Origin: an uncultured Saprospiraceae bacterium
GTDB lineage: Bacteria > Bacteroidota > Bacteroidia > Chitinophagales > Saprospiraceae
Direction: 5' to 3'
Length of the DNA stretch: 64,000 nt
Assembly: GCA_964484205.1 (NCBI GenBank)
Contig: CAZAEZ010000009.1
Location: 24,035-88,034 of the forward strand
Part shown: positions 42,883 through 52,164 of the stretch, one piece after another
How the letters are laid out: each line of letters opens with the position of its first letter
Position numbering within the stretch: position 1 is the stretch's first letter
Program-made: the position numbers and the translations under genes
Notes under the pieces: generated by a model
What the model was told of the DNA's origin: nothing
Database searches by the model: none
Seen by the model: only the letters and a program-made list of their open reading frames with translations

Positions 42883-42961
42883 TTTATAGCCTAATAATTC
42901 GGCTATACCCCACTCCCGCTCTTTTGAACAACCCCTTCGCCTGCTCAAAAACTTGATTGCT

Positions 42962-44719
42962 ATGTGGAACATGCCATTGCGTACACTTCTGGGTTTGATC
43001 GGACTTCTACCGGCCTTTTCTTTTGGTCATCCGGATAAGGCGGCGGTAGTCGTTCCCGATGAGCCTTTTCCCAAAGATTATTTCCTCATGCCCGTGAGCA
43101 CCGCCGCCATCCGGTTATCCGGCACTTTCGGCGAACTGCGGGCCAACCATTTTCATACCGGCATCGATATCAGCAATATTTCGGGCCAGGCCGGGCAGGC
43201 TATTTTTGCCGCCGCCGACGGCTTTATCGACCGGGTCAAAGTGGGTGGGAGCGGCTACGGCAAGGCGCTTTACATCAAACATCCCAACGGCTACACCACG
43301 GTGTACGGGCACCTCGACAAGTTCACGCCGGCCGTTGAAAAATATGTGCAGGAAACCCAGTACAAACGCGAACGTTTCGAGGTTGACCTGTTTCCCAAAG
43401 ACGGATTGTATCCGGTAAAAAAAGGCCAGGAGATCGGGCGCATGGGAAACACCGGCAGTTCGGGCGGCCCGCACCTGCATTTTGAGATCCGCCGATCGGC
43501 CAATCAAAAACCGTTGAATCCGCTGCTGTTCGGGCTAAACATCCCCGACGCCGTGCCGCCGCTGTTGCGCGACATGCGGGTGTATTTTCTAAACCCGAAC
43601 CGGGAGGTGCAATCCAGCCTGCCGTTCCCCATCCAACAACGGCCCGACGGCACCTATGGTGTGCCGGGCGATACCGTGCGGCTTCCCGCCTGGCGGGTCG
43701 GATTCGGGCTGCGCTCCTACGACCAGTCGACCGGGAATACCCACAACAAAAACGGTCTGTTTGCGCTCACCTTACTGGCTAACGACGAACTGGCCTATGC
43801 CTGGAAAGCCGATGAACTGGACTTCGACGAAACCCGCTACCTCAACGCGCATACCGACTACGCCGCCTATGAAACGAATGGCGCCATGTACCAGCGCTGT
43901 TTTGCCTTGCCCGGCGACCGACACGCCAATTTTACCCGCACCGAAAGCCTGGGCGCCGTACCGCTGTACAAAGAAATTCCAACCAAAATTACCGTGAAAG
44001 CAGCCGACGCCTCCGGCAACCAGTCCACCGTGGTGTTCTGGGCCTACCGCGGCGAACCCGAGCCCCAACCGCAACACCCCGACTGTATCGAACTGCCCTT
44101 CGATGTGGAAAACCACATCGACATGGAAGGTTTTTCGATGACCATCCCGAAAGGCGGCCTGTACGAAACCCTCTATTTTCAGTACAGCAGCAGCCCCCGA
44201 CCACCCGGAACCTACTCGGCCTTGCACCGGGCGCACCAAGGCACCACGCCCTTGCACAAATACTGCACCCTGCGTTTGCGCCCCGAGGAACTGCCGGACA
44301 ACCTGCGCGAAAAAGCCGTCGTTGCCCGGTACCGCACACGCAGCCGCCCGGTCAATTGCGGCGGCAGTTGGGATGGCGACTGGCTGGTTACCCGGGTCCG
44401 CGATTTTGACGACTATTGCATCATGGTCGACACCACGCCGCCGACCATCAAGCCCGTGGTGTTCAGCGTGGATATGCGCCGAAAAAAAACCATGGCTTTT
44501 CGCATCTACGACGACTTCATCACCGATGCGCGCGCCGAAAGCCTCCGCTACCGGGGCACGGTGGATGGCAAATGGGTACTCTTCGAATTTGACCGGAAAC
44601 GGGCGCGGCTCACGCATGTTTTCGACGGGCGTATTCAACCCGGCGAACACAAACTGCGCCTGGTGGTAACCGACGACCGGGGAAATGAATCGGTGTACGA
44701 GCGGAATTTTGTACGATGA
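42962..44719 (+). CDS. M23-family metallopeptidase (LytM/lysostaphin-type)
   Basis: 'HFHTGIDI', 'GHLDKF' and 'GNTGSSGGPHLHFEIR'. N-terminal signal-like segment. ATG 42962 is preferred over TTG 42953. Confidence 0.88.
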   Translation: MWNMPLRTLLGLIGLLPAFSFGHPDKAAVVVPDEPFPKDYFLMPVSTAAIRLSGTFGELRANHFHTGIDISNISGQAGQAIFAAADGFIDRVKVGGSGYGKALYIKHPNGYTTVYGHLDKFTPAVEKYVQETQYKRERFEVDLFPKDGLYPVKKGQEIGRMGNTGSSGGPHLHFEIRRSANQKPLNPLLFGLNIPDAVPPLLRDMRVYFLNPNREVQSSLPFPIQQRPDGTYGVPGDTVRLPAWRVGFGLRSYDQSTGNTHNKNGLFALTLLANDELAYAWKADELDFDETRYLNAHTDYAAYETNGAMYQRCFALPGDRHANFTRTESLGAVPLYKEIPTKITVKAADASGNQSTVVFWAYRGEPEPQPQHPDCIELPFDVENHIDMEGFSMTIPKGGLYETLYFQYSSSPRPPGTYSALHRAHQGTTPLHKYCTLRLRPEELPDNLREKAVVARYRTRSRPVNCGGSWDGDWLVTRVRDFDDYCIMVDTTPPTIKPVVFSVDMRRKKTMAFRIYDDFITDARAESLRYRGTVDGKWVLFEFDRKRARLTHVFDGRIQPGEHKLRLVVTDDRGNESVYERNFVR

Positions 44720-44724
44720 TGTTG

Positions 44725-44865
44725 ATTTACGATTTTGGAATTACGAATTACGATTGGTTCACCTTTCCGGGTTTGGGCAGATCATTGCCTGATGTAGTGT
44801 TTGAATAAATTGAAAACCTACACATCCCGGAAAGGTGAACCAATCGTAATTCGTAATTCGTAAAT
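44725..44865. repeat. long palindrome with tandem attacga heptamers in its arms
   Basis: atttacgattttggaattacgaattacgattggttcacctttccggg ... cccggaaaggtgaaccaatcgtaattcgtaattcgtaaat. It starts 6 nt after the M23 stop. Confidence 0.85.
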
Positions 44866-44914
44866 GCATAAAAAGGCGGGCCCCGGCGCAGACAGAGGGT
44901 CTGACCGGGGCCCG
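44866..44914 (-). terminator. GC-rich hairpin terminator candidate for the GT2 gene (possibly bidirectional)
   Basis: cgggccccgg (44877-44886) pairs with ccggggcccg (44905-44914), with an inner cagac/gtctg pair. On the minus strand it is followed by CCTTTTTAT. It lies 3 nt from the GT2 stop. Confidence 0.6.
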
Positions 44915-44917
44915 TAA

Positions 44918-46054
44918 TTACTTCCATGAGATTAGATCATCCGAGTAGATTAAAACGCGCGGCACTAAAACCGCGTAGTAGATAGCCAGAAATGCGTCGA
45001 GCAGCGGAAACCAAATTAAAAGATGCGCTTCGCGTAGCCGGCAAAGAATTTTCCGATGAATCGGTAAGGCGGAGGCCATCCGAACGGCATAAAAAGCAAC
45101 AGAAATTATGCCAAAATTGGTCGGCAAGAGTACAATCAGTAAAAAATAGTGCAGGAAATGTGTTAATGCCAGTAGCCCGAGCAGCAAGCGGTGGCGCAGG
45201 CGGTAATGTGGCCCGGCGCGGAGATGCCGTTTTTTTTGACGCCACCAGTTGCGCCAGTTTTTTTCCCCTTCGGAAAAAACAAATGCTTCGGGGGCCAGGC
45301 AGATCGCCGTGTTTTTATTGTTGGCGGCGGCATTGACGAACAAATCGTCGTCGCCGGATGGCAAGGCGGCATGCGCTGAAAAACCGCCCACCTGCCCGAA
45401 AAGGTGCCGGCGCCAGGCCAGGTTGCGGCCGACGCCCATGTAGGGTTGCCCGGCCAGGGCAAACGAAAAGTATTGCGTGGCGGTGTGCACCGTTTCAAAC
45501 CGGATCCATTTGTTCAGCAAGCCGGGTTCCGGCCGGTACGGGCCGTAGCCCAGCACAATTTCCGCATCTTGTTTTTTCAAAAAACATTCGGCCATACGGC
45601 GCAGCCACTGCGGGCTCGCGGGCCGGCAATCGGCATCCGAAAACACCAAATGCTCATGCCGCGCCACGGCGATCCCCCGGGCGAGGGCCTGTTTTTTCCC
45701 GGGAGCGGTTTTGGGTCCGGTGTGGAGCACGTGCAGGTGCGGATATTTTTTTTGCAGTGCCTGCAAAACAAGCGGCGTATCGTCGGCAGAATCGTCGTCG
45801 ATGACGAGCACCTCAAAGTCCGGGTATTGTTGTTCCAACACGGCCGGCAGGTTGGCCGCCAGGTTGACGGCTTCATTGCGCGCACAAATCAGTACGGAAA
45901 CCGGCGGAAGTCGGGTTGTGTCAACCTGTTCCGCACCCGAAAATGCCGGCTGGCGGAAAGCCAGGCGGGCAAACAGCCCCCACCACACCACCAACTGCAC
46001 CGCAGTGGCCGTGGCAAACACACCGAATAAAACTACCCAGAACCCGATCGCCAT
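44918..46054 (-). CDS. family 2 glycosyltransferase (membrane-associated)
   Basis: 'VSVLICARNEAVNL...YPDFEVLVIDDDSADDT' is the GT2 DxD region. 'FSDADC'. N- and C-terminal TM helices. Confidence 0.85.
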   Translation of the reverse strand: MAIGFWVVLFGVFATATAVQLVVWWGLFARLAFRQPAFSGAEQVDTTRLPPVSVLICARNEAVNLAANLPAVLEQQYPDFEVLVIDDDSADDTPLVLQALQKKYPHLHVLHTGPKTAPGKKQALARGIAVARHEHLVFSDADCRPASPQWLRRMAECFLKKQDAEIVLGYGPYRPEPGLLNKWIRFETVHTATQYFSFALAGQPYMGVGRNLAWRRHLFGQVGGFSAHAALPSGDDDLFVNAAANNKNTAICLAPEAFVFSEGEKNWRNWWRQKKRHLRAGPHYRLRHRLLLGLLALTHFLHYFLLIVLLPTNFGIISVAFYAVRMASALPIHRKILCRLREAHLLIWFPLLDAFLAIYYAVLVPRVLIYSDDLISWK

Positions 46055-46091
46055 TTTTCACCAATAAATTAGAATTCCGCAACTTTGCCGC

Positions 46092-46134
46092 AATATCTCA
46101 ATATCTCAATATCTCAATATCCCAATATCTCAAT
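46092..46134. repeat. tandem octamer array (AATATCTC x5, fourth unit AATATCCC)
   Basis: Read directly: aatatctc aatatctc aatatctc aatatccc aatatctc aat. It lies in the 88-bp divergent region between the GT2 start (46054) and the cmk start (46143). Confidence 0.95.
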
Positions 46135-46142
46135 TCCCCAGC

Positions 46143-46838
46143 ATGCAACTAATCATCGCCATAGACGGCCACTCCTCCTGCGGAAAAAGCACCCTGGCAA
46201 AAGGCCTGGCAAAAGCCCTGCACTATGCCTACCTGGACACCGGCGCCATGTACCGGGCGGTGACCTTGTATTTTCTGGATAAAGGAATAGACCACAACAA
46301 CCCCGACGCCGTAGACGAGGCCCTGCGGCATATTGAGATCCATTTTGAGCGCATTCAGGGCAAAAACCACACCTTTTTAAATGGCACGGACGTCGAACGG
46401 GACATTCGGGAAATGCGCGTGAGCGCCCTGGTCAGCCCGGTATCCACCATTTCTGCCGTGCGCCGCGCGATGGTAGCCCAGCAAAAAGCCATGGGGCGCC
46501 GGCGCGGCATTGTGGCCGACGGCCGCGATATCGGCACCGTAGTGTTCCCCGATGCCGAAGTGAAAATTTTCCTGACCGCCGATGTGGATGTGCGCACCAG
46601 CCGCCGTCACCTGGAACTGGCCGCCCGCGGTATCGACGCCGACTGGGATTCCATCCGGAAAAACCTGCTCGAACGCGACGAGATCGACTCCACACGGGCA
46701 GATAGTCCGCTCCGAAAAGCCGACGATGCCGTGGTGATCGACAACACCCTGCTCTCCGAAGAAGAACAACTGGAAATGGCGCTCGACATGGTGTATGCCC
46801 GGATGACTACAGCCCGGAAGCAGAAAGTCGCTAAATAG
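46143..46838 (+). CDS. cmk: cytidylate kinase
   Basis: 'IIAIDGHSSCGKSTLAKGLAKALHYAYLDTGAMYRA' is the P-loop and CMP-kinase signature. 'GRDIGTVVFPDAEVKIFLTA'. Confidence 0.95.
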   Translation: MQLIIAIDGHSSCGKSTLAKGLAKALHYAYLDTGAMYRAVTLYFLDKGIDHNNPDAVDEALRHIEIHFERIQGKNHTFLNGTDVERDIREMRVSALVSPVSTISAVRRAMVAQQKAMGRRRGIVADGRDIGTVVFPDAEVKIFLTADVDVRTSRRHLELAARGIDADWDSIRKNLLERDEIDSTRADSPLRKADDAVVIDNTLLSEEEQLEMALDMVYARMTTARKQKVAK

Positions 46839-46843
46839 CGCAC

Positions 46844-47611
46844 TTACTCCTGCACCACCGTCGCATGCAACACATACCCGCTGGGGCCGTCATCGCCCGG
46901 ATCGGCTTGCGCCAGGTAGATGCTTGTTTGTACGAAAACCCGGTAGTTTTTGCCGCCTTTTTTAAAAGAAACGGGCTCGCCGGGTAGCACTTCCACCGAC
47001 CCGGAATCGGTGACCAACAGAACCGGCACATCCACCAGCGCATTTCCCTCCGGTATTTCCTTCAGGGCTTGCTGCCGCAGGAGCGGCCGGCCGTCGTCTT
47101 GCAAAGCCAGGGGCTTCCCGGCGGTTTGCCAGATGTACGCGAGGGCCATTCGACCGTCGAGGTTCAGTTGCAGTTGTTCGTCGGCCGAAACCGGCGAACT
47201 GCGGTACTGCATGGCCAGGCTGCCGGTTTGATCTTTCAGGTTTTTCATATTGGGCGACATACGCTCCACGGCATCCAGTTGCAACGCAACGGTTTCCTGT
47301 TTTTCGGAGGTAAAAACCAGCTGATTTTCGCCGGCGGCGGAAACCCGGCCGCGGGCTTTAAAATCGCCGGCGCTAAAACCCTGCGGCAGGCGCACGATGC
47401 GCACATCGGGCACTTCGGCATCGGCCGGCTTCGTACCCGGAACGGTTTCCGGCGGGATGCTGTCGTAGTGCAGAAAATTGTCGTGCTCCACGGCGGCTAC
47501 GTTTTTGAAGGCCGGATCGACGTCGGCCCCCGGTTGTTTTTGTTGCTGGCAGGCCGGCATAAGAATAGCGCCTGTCAGAAGAAGGATATACATTGCGATA
47601 ATCGGTTTCAT
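46844..47611 (-). CDS. hypothetical lipoprotein
   Basis: 'MKPIIAMYILLLTGAILMPAC' has a lipobox. No recognised domain. It is co-directional with, and 27 nt downstream of, the metalloprotease gene. Confidence 0.6.
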   Translation of the reverse strand: MKPIIAMYILLLTGAILMPACQQQKQPGADVDPAFKNVAAVEHDNFLHYDSIPPETVPGTKPADAEVPDVRIVRLPQGFSAGDFKARGRVSAAGENQLVFTSEKQETVALQLDAVERMSPNMKNLKDQTGSLAMQYRSSPVSADEQLQLNLDGRMALAYIWQTAGKPLALQDDGRPLLRQQALKEIPEGNALVDVPVLLVTDSGSVEVLPGEPVSFKKGGKNYRVFVQTSIYLAQADPGDDGPSGYVLHATVVQE

Positions 47612-47638
47612 ATCGGTGTGTTTTTATGGTTTTTCAGA

Positions 47639-49246
47639 TCAGTTGTTGTTCCAGCGCGAACCGGCAGCGGTGAAATTCAACCGCATATTCCCCCATTCGT
47701 TGTAGTTGATGTGGATGTCGGTATTGTCGCTGTCGTTTGTACTTGGGTTGGTATTGACGGTCACGGGGTTTTGCAAGGTGCCGTTGCTGTTAAAGTCGAT
47801 CCCGGTATTGTTGCAGATACCGGCATTTTCGTTGACGGCATTTTCATTGATGCTGCGCAACATGCCCCGCGAAAAGGAATGCACCGCCGGGGCATCCGCC
47901 GTGAGGTCGCAGTCGATGGAAATTCCGGGGAACTGGTACCGGTAGTTCATCGTGGATTCCTGGTTGGGCTTGAAAGTTTCGTTCGCGTCGACGGCCCCGT
48001 TGTCGATACCGCCGTGGCGCAGGGCCAGGTTGTGTCCCAGCTCATGGATGAAGGTCCCCACCTGCGCGGCGCGGTTGTTCCAGTTGCTGAAAGTAGCAAA
48101 CGTTACCATGAAGTCGTTGCCCCAAATTTCGCCGCGCCCCGAGCTGCCGTTTGGCCGGGCCCGGCCGAAAATGCCGTAGTGGAAAATATTCAGCCTGTCG
48201 GCATCAAAGTTGTTGTTTTTGTAGGTAAAAAAGTCGGTATAGCCGGTAGCCGGATTAGCCCCGAAATCCATCGTCGTGTGCGCTGCCAACGTTTGACCGC
48301 CGTTGGCAAAAGCGCCGCCCTGCCCCCGGTCGATGTGTATGCTGACGCCGGCTGAACCATCCGGATTGAGCACCGGGGCATTGGCAAAAACCGCTTCAAT
48401 ATCGCCCCAAATAGTGTTCAGCGGTTGCCCTGCGGCGGTCCAGTCGACTTCAACGAGGATGTCTTTGCGCTTCGGATTGCAGCCCATAGCAGCCAGGTCG
48501 ATGGTAGCGCCGCCGGGCGCCGGGTAGCCCGTGGTTTCCCAGGTGTCGAGCAGGCCGTCGTTGTCGCTATCCAATGTGGCGGCGCTCGCCGGCAGGGTGT
48601 AGGTGGTGTTGTTCGTCAGGCCGTCGGTGTTCCGGACCGAGATATTGAGCGTACTGCCCAGCGTTTGATCCGTTAAAAACACCAGCAGTCCGCCGTAGTG
48701 GTACACCGGGTAGTTAAACGTGGATGCCGCGCGGGTGTTGAAGTAATCGCTGGCAATGGCGCTGTACAACACCGAAGTTTGGTCCGTGCCGTTTACCGTC
48801 ACCACCGCCTTTGCATCCACATTAGCCACCGAGAGCAACAGGAACAAGTCGGCCAGGCCGCCGCCTTTTTCATTGAAATAATTGATCGTCGTCTCTTCGA
48901 TCCGGGGCGCCGGCCAGGCGCCGGAAAGTGCGTTTACCGTAAAATTGAAGCTCGAAGCGGACGTCCCGCCTGCATTGCGAAGTTTCACGGGATGGCTGCC
49001 GGTGCCGGCGCTTGCCGGAATTTGGAAGTACCGGGCAGTGAGCAGTGCGTGATCGGCCAGCTGCTCCGAGCCCAGGCCGGCATCCCACACGACGGAGGCA
49101 AAGGTGAGCGAACTCCCCTGGACGTTGACAATCTGGCGGGCAAAACCCGAGCCAGGCGTTATTCCGGTAATTTCCGGCGGATTACAGCCCCGGCAGCCCA
49201 ACAGGAGTACCAAGGCCAGCCACAGTAAAGCATAAATCGGTTTCAT
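47639..49246 (-). CDS. secreted/lipoprotein zinc metalloprotease-like protein with N-terminal IPT/TIG-like domain
   Basis: ATG 49246 gives 'MKPIYALLWLALVLLLGC'. 'ITGITPGSGFARQIVNVQGSSL' is IPT-like. 'DSDNDGLLDTWE'. 'FIHELGHNLALRHGG' fits HExxHxxxxxH. Confidence 0.75.
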   Translation of the reverse strand: MKPIYALLWLALVLLLGCRGCNPPEITGITPGSGFARQIVNVQGSSLTFASVVWDAGLGSEQLADHALLTARYFQIPASAGTGSHPVKLRNAGGTSASSFNFTVNALSGAWPAPRIEETTINYFNEKGGGLADLFLLLSVANVDAKAVVTVNGTDQTSVLYSAIASDYFNTRAASTFNYPVYHYGGLLVFLTDQTLGSTLNISVRNTDGLTNNTTYTLPASAATLDSDNDGLLDTWETTGYPAPGGATIDLAAMGCNPKRKDILVEVDWTAAGQPLNTIWGDIEAVFANAPVLNPDGSAGVSIHIDRGQGGAFANGGQTLAAHTTMDFGANPATGYTDFFTYKNNNFDADRLNIFHYGIFGRARPNGSSGRGEIWGNDFMVTFATFSNWNNRAAQVGTFIHELGHNLALRHGGIDNGAVDANETFKPNQESTMNYRYQFPGISIDCDLTADAPAVHSFSRGMLRSINENAVNENAGICNNTGIDFNSNGTLQNPVTVNTNPSTNDSDNTDIHINYNEWGNMRLNFTAAGSRWNNN

Positions 49247-49402
49247 CTGGATGTATCGATTTTGGTTATAAAAAAAGGTGTTCAAAATTAGTCAAAAACG
49301 GCCACTATTCCAAGTGCGCGTTGCCGCGTGCAAAGCCTGTCGGCAAACAAGAGAATCCCGCAAGGCTGTTCGGAATTCGACAGATTGCCGTAATTTCACG
49401 GT

Positions 49403-49795
49403 ATGAAGAACGATGCCATTCCCCGCAGTCTTTTTTTCCTGGCCGGCGCCGCGTCGGGCCTTGCGCTGGGATATTACCTGCATACTGAAAAAGGTCGTGC
49501 CTTGCGCGAACATCTCAACGAAAACTGGGAAAATTGGCTGGAAACCATCGGCGAACAAGCCCAGGAGCAGCTAAATGTTTTGCTTCAAAACCTGAACCAG
49601 GTACTTGAAGACAGCGCGTTGTTTTCCGACATGCCGGAAGAACCCGATGCGGAAGAGCCAGACGACGACCACGATTTTGCCGATGAAGTTTTGGAGCAAG
49701 TTGACCTTGCCGAAAGCGCTTTCGAGGCCGGCATGGCCAAAGCCAGGACCAGCCTCCAACAAAAACTTGCCAAAGCCGGGCTGGCAAGCGACTGA
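49403..49795 (+). CDS. YtxH-domain protein
   Basis: 'LFFLAGAASGLALGYYLHTEKGRALREHL' is a typical YtxH N-terminus, followed by an acidic helical tail. Confidence 0.7.
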   Translation: MKNDAIPRSLFFLAGAASGLALGYYLHTEKGRALREHLNENWENWLETIGEQAQEQLNVLLQNLNQVLEDSALFSDMPEEPDAEEPDDDHDFADEVLEQVDLAESAFEAGMAKARTSLQQKLAKAGLASD

Positions 49796-49829
49796 CGCCC
49801 CACACGAACCAACCGCTAATACCACGTTT

Positions 49830-50180
49830 ATGAAAGATACAGAACAACTTTTCGAGTCGGCCGGTGAAACCGCCGAATACGCCAAACAATACCTGAAATT
49901 ACAGCTGGATTACTTTCGCCTCGAAACGGCGGAACAGGTAGCCAAGGTCAGCGCCACGCTGATCGCCTCTGCCGTAGTGGTCATGTTTGCCTTACTGGCC
50001 CTGGTTATGCTGAGTTTGGCCGCCGGTTTTTACCTTGGCCGGCTTTGGGATTCGTACGTGCTGGCCTTTGTGGCCATTGCCGGTTTTTACGCCTTGCTGG
50101 CCGTGATCGTACTGATCCTGAAAGAACGCTGGCTCACCAACATCATCCTGACGAGCGTGATCCGTTCTTTTTTCAAATGA
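49830..50180 (+). CDS. phage-holin-family (Holin-X-like) small membrane protein
   Basis: ATG 49830 ('MKDTEQLFESAGETAEYAKQYLKLQLDYFRLETAEQ'), followed by two TM helices. This is the usual architecture next to YtxH genes in Bacteroidota. Confidence 0.6.
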   Translation: MKDTEQLFESAGETAEYAKQYLKLQLDYFRLETAEQVAKVSATLIASAVVVMFALLALVMLSLAAGFYLGRLWDSYVLAFVAIAGFYALLAVIVLILKERWLTNIILTSVIRSFFK

Positions 50181-50191
50181 ACCATTGACTT

Positions 50192-50635
50192 ATGTTGAAT
50201 ACGATAAAAAATCTGGACGATCTGTTGGCCGAAAAAGCGCGCCTGCAGGCTCAAATAGACCTGGTGCAGGGCGAGATGACCCTGAGCTCGCGCCGGACGC
50301 GGGAAGTTTTCCAAAAAGTCCTGGAAGACAAACTGAACATTCCCAAACAACTGGGACAACTCTTCCAGGGCAGTCCGCAAGAGTCGGTGCAAAGTTCCGT
50401 GATCGGCGCAATCGGCAAAGTGGCCGGGCTGGGCTCGTGGTGGAGCGGTTTGCTGTCGGCCTTTGTGCCCATGGTCATCGATTTTGTGGCCGGACAGATC
50501 AAACGCCGGAAAGAACGCCGGGCAGAAACCCCGGCCCCGGAAAGCGAAGCGGCCCCTTCAAAAGCCAAACCGAAACGCCGAAACCCGTTTAAACGAAAAA
50601 AAACAACGCCGCCTGCCGAGCCGGACACGCTCTGA
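50192..50635 (+). CDS. hypothetical protein with coiled-coil N-terminus, hydrophobic segment and lysine/arginine-rich tail
   Basis: 147-aa ORF, 11 nt after the previous stop. No recognised domain. Confidence 0.5.
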   Translation: MLNTIKNLDDLLAEKARLQAQIDLVQGEMTLSSRRTREVFQKVLEDKLNIPKQLGQLFQGSPQESVQSSVIGAIGKVAGLGSWWSGLLSAFVPMVIDFVAGQIKRRKERRAETPAPESEAAPSKAKPKRRNPFKRKKTTPPAEPDTL

Positions 50636-50674
50636 ACCGCGCAATTTCCACCATCCAACACCTGATATCCACAC

Positions 50675-51484
50675 ATGCTTGCAAAACTGTTTTTAGAGCT
50701 GACCGAATACGCCTTTTTCCGCCGTTTGGTATGGAAACCCATTTATGAACTGTTGGCCCGGGTACTGCCCTTGTCCGAATGGCAATTTATGAACTACGGC
50801 TACACCCCCATGCCGGAAGAAGCGCCGCTCGAATTGGAAACTGCCGACGAATTGCAGCGCTACCCCCTGCAATTGTACCATTACCTGGCGTCAAGAGCTG
50901 CCGTGGCCGGCAAGGAAGTGCTTGAGGTCGGCAGCGGACGCGGCGGCGGCGCCCATTACATCGCCAAGTACCTGCATCCCAAGCGGATGGTCGGCATGGA
51001 CCTGGCAAAAAATGCCGTGCAATTTGCGCAGAAAAACTTCAAACGCCCCAACCTGGAATACCAGCAGGGCAACGCCGAAGCCCTGCCTTTCCCCGATGCC
51101 AGTTTTGATGTGGTGATCAACGTCGAATCCAGCCATGCGTACGGTTCGGTGCCCAACTTCCTGCGCGAAGTCCGGCGCGTACTGCGGCCCGGCGGGGTTT
51201 TTCTGATCACCGACATGCGCGGCGAGCCGGGCCTGCAACTGCTCTGCGAACAGCTCAACAACTCGGGCCTGAAACTCCAGGAAGAAACCGACATTACCCG
51301 GAATGTGGTGCTGGCCATCGAAACCGAAGAACCCGTGAAAAAAGAACGCATCCGGCGGCTGGTGCCGAAATGGCTGGTGCCGGCTTTTGAAGAATTTGCC
51401 GGCGTGAAAAATTCCGCCATCCACCGGGATCTGAACAGCCGGGATTTGATCTATTACCGGTGGAAATTGGTAAAAAGTGCCTGA
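50675..51484 (+). CDS. class I SAM-dependent methyltransferase
   Basis: 'VLEVGSGRGGGAHYIA' is motif I. 'FDVVINVESSHAY' and 'LRPGGVFLITD'. Confidence 0.85.
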   Translation: MLAKLFLELTEYAFFRRLVWKPIYELLARVLPLSEWQFMNYGYTPMPEEAPLELETADELQRYPLQLYHYLASRAAVAGKEVLEVGSGRGGGAHYIAKYLHPKRMVGMDLAKNAVQFAQKNFKRPNLEYQQGNAEALPFPDASFDVVINVESSHAYGSVPNFLREVRRVLRPGGVFLITDMRGEPGLQLLCEQLNNSGLKLQEETDITRNVVLAIETEEPVKKERIRRLVPKWLVPAFEEFAGVKNSAIHRDLNSRDLIYYRWKLVKSA

Positions 51485-51486
51485 GG

Positions 51487-52005
51487 CTACGAGCGGTTAC
51501 AAACAAATTCGAGGTTTTCCGAATCATAGATCACCCGTTTCCCGACCGGCACAAACCCGCATTTCAACAGCACTTTTTGCGAAGCCAGGTTTTCAGGGGC
51601 TACCACCGCCTTGAGCAGGTCGACGCCAAAACGCGCAAATCCGTATTGCCCCAGCGCCAGCGTCAGTTCGGTGGCCAATCCCTGCCCCCAATAGTCCCGC
51701 GCGATCAGGTAGCCTACCTCCAGGTCGTTGCCGGGCTGATATTCCAGGTGTCGCAGCACGCACAGCGCCACAATCGGGCCATCGGGTTTGAGTGCGCCCA
51801 AAAAAGTGCCCAGCCCGGGGTTTTCGGCGGCGTAGTTTTCCATCATTTCGATGCGGGATTTTATTATGCCCGTATCCGTTTCGGCCGGGCGGATGAAGCG
51901 CATCATTTCGGGATCGCTTTGCATGGAATAAAAAAAATCAAAATCGGCCATCGTGAGCGGCCGTAGGCGCAGGCGGGTTGTTTCCAGAATAAAATTTTCG
52001 GACAT
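51487..52005 (-). CDS. GNAT-family N-acetyltransferase (RimJ/RimL-like)
   Basis: ATG 52005 gives 'MSENFILETTRLRLRPLTMADFDFFYSMQSDPEMMRF'. 'YWGQGLATELTLAL' is motif A. Confidence 0.8.
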   Translation of the reverse strand: MSENFILETTRLRLRPLTMADFDFFYSMQSDPEMMRFIRPAETDTGIIKSRIEMMENYAAENPGLGTFLGALKPDGPIVALCVLRHLEYQPGNDLEVGYLIARDYWGQGLATELTLALGQYGFARFGVDLLKAVVAPENLASQKVLLKCGFVPVGKRVIYDSENLEFVCNRS

Positions 52006-52164
52006 AACAGGCAGGCGGTTTAACGCCAGATAAAAGTAGCTATTGACGCCGTTTTTGCCCGGTTTTTGTCCATTTAAAAAATTACCCGTGGCGGGGTGCG
52101 CTAAGTTTGAATAAAATGGGACTGGCAAAAATCCGTTTTAATCGTCCGGTAAAACACGAAAACT

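Noticed and set aside
42715-42919. 12-bp direct repeat ccccactcccgc (42715-42726 and 42908-42919) flanking the AT-rich palindrome, as a possible target-site duplication.
   Set aside because: The repeats do not abut the palindrome ends (42771-42882). One such local 12-mer coincidence is not very improbable when the whole window is scanned. I keep it only as a note.
46092-46134. CRISPR array, considered here and at the many palindromic repeats.
   Set aside because: The units are contiguous 8-mers without spacers. The larger palindromes are dispersed, each consisting of inverted arms rather than regularly spaced direct repeats. No cas genes are present.
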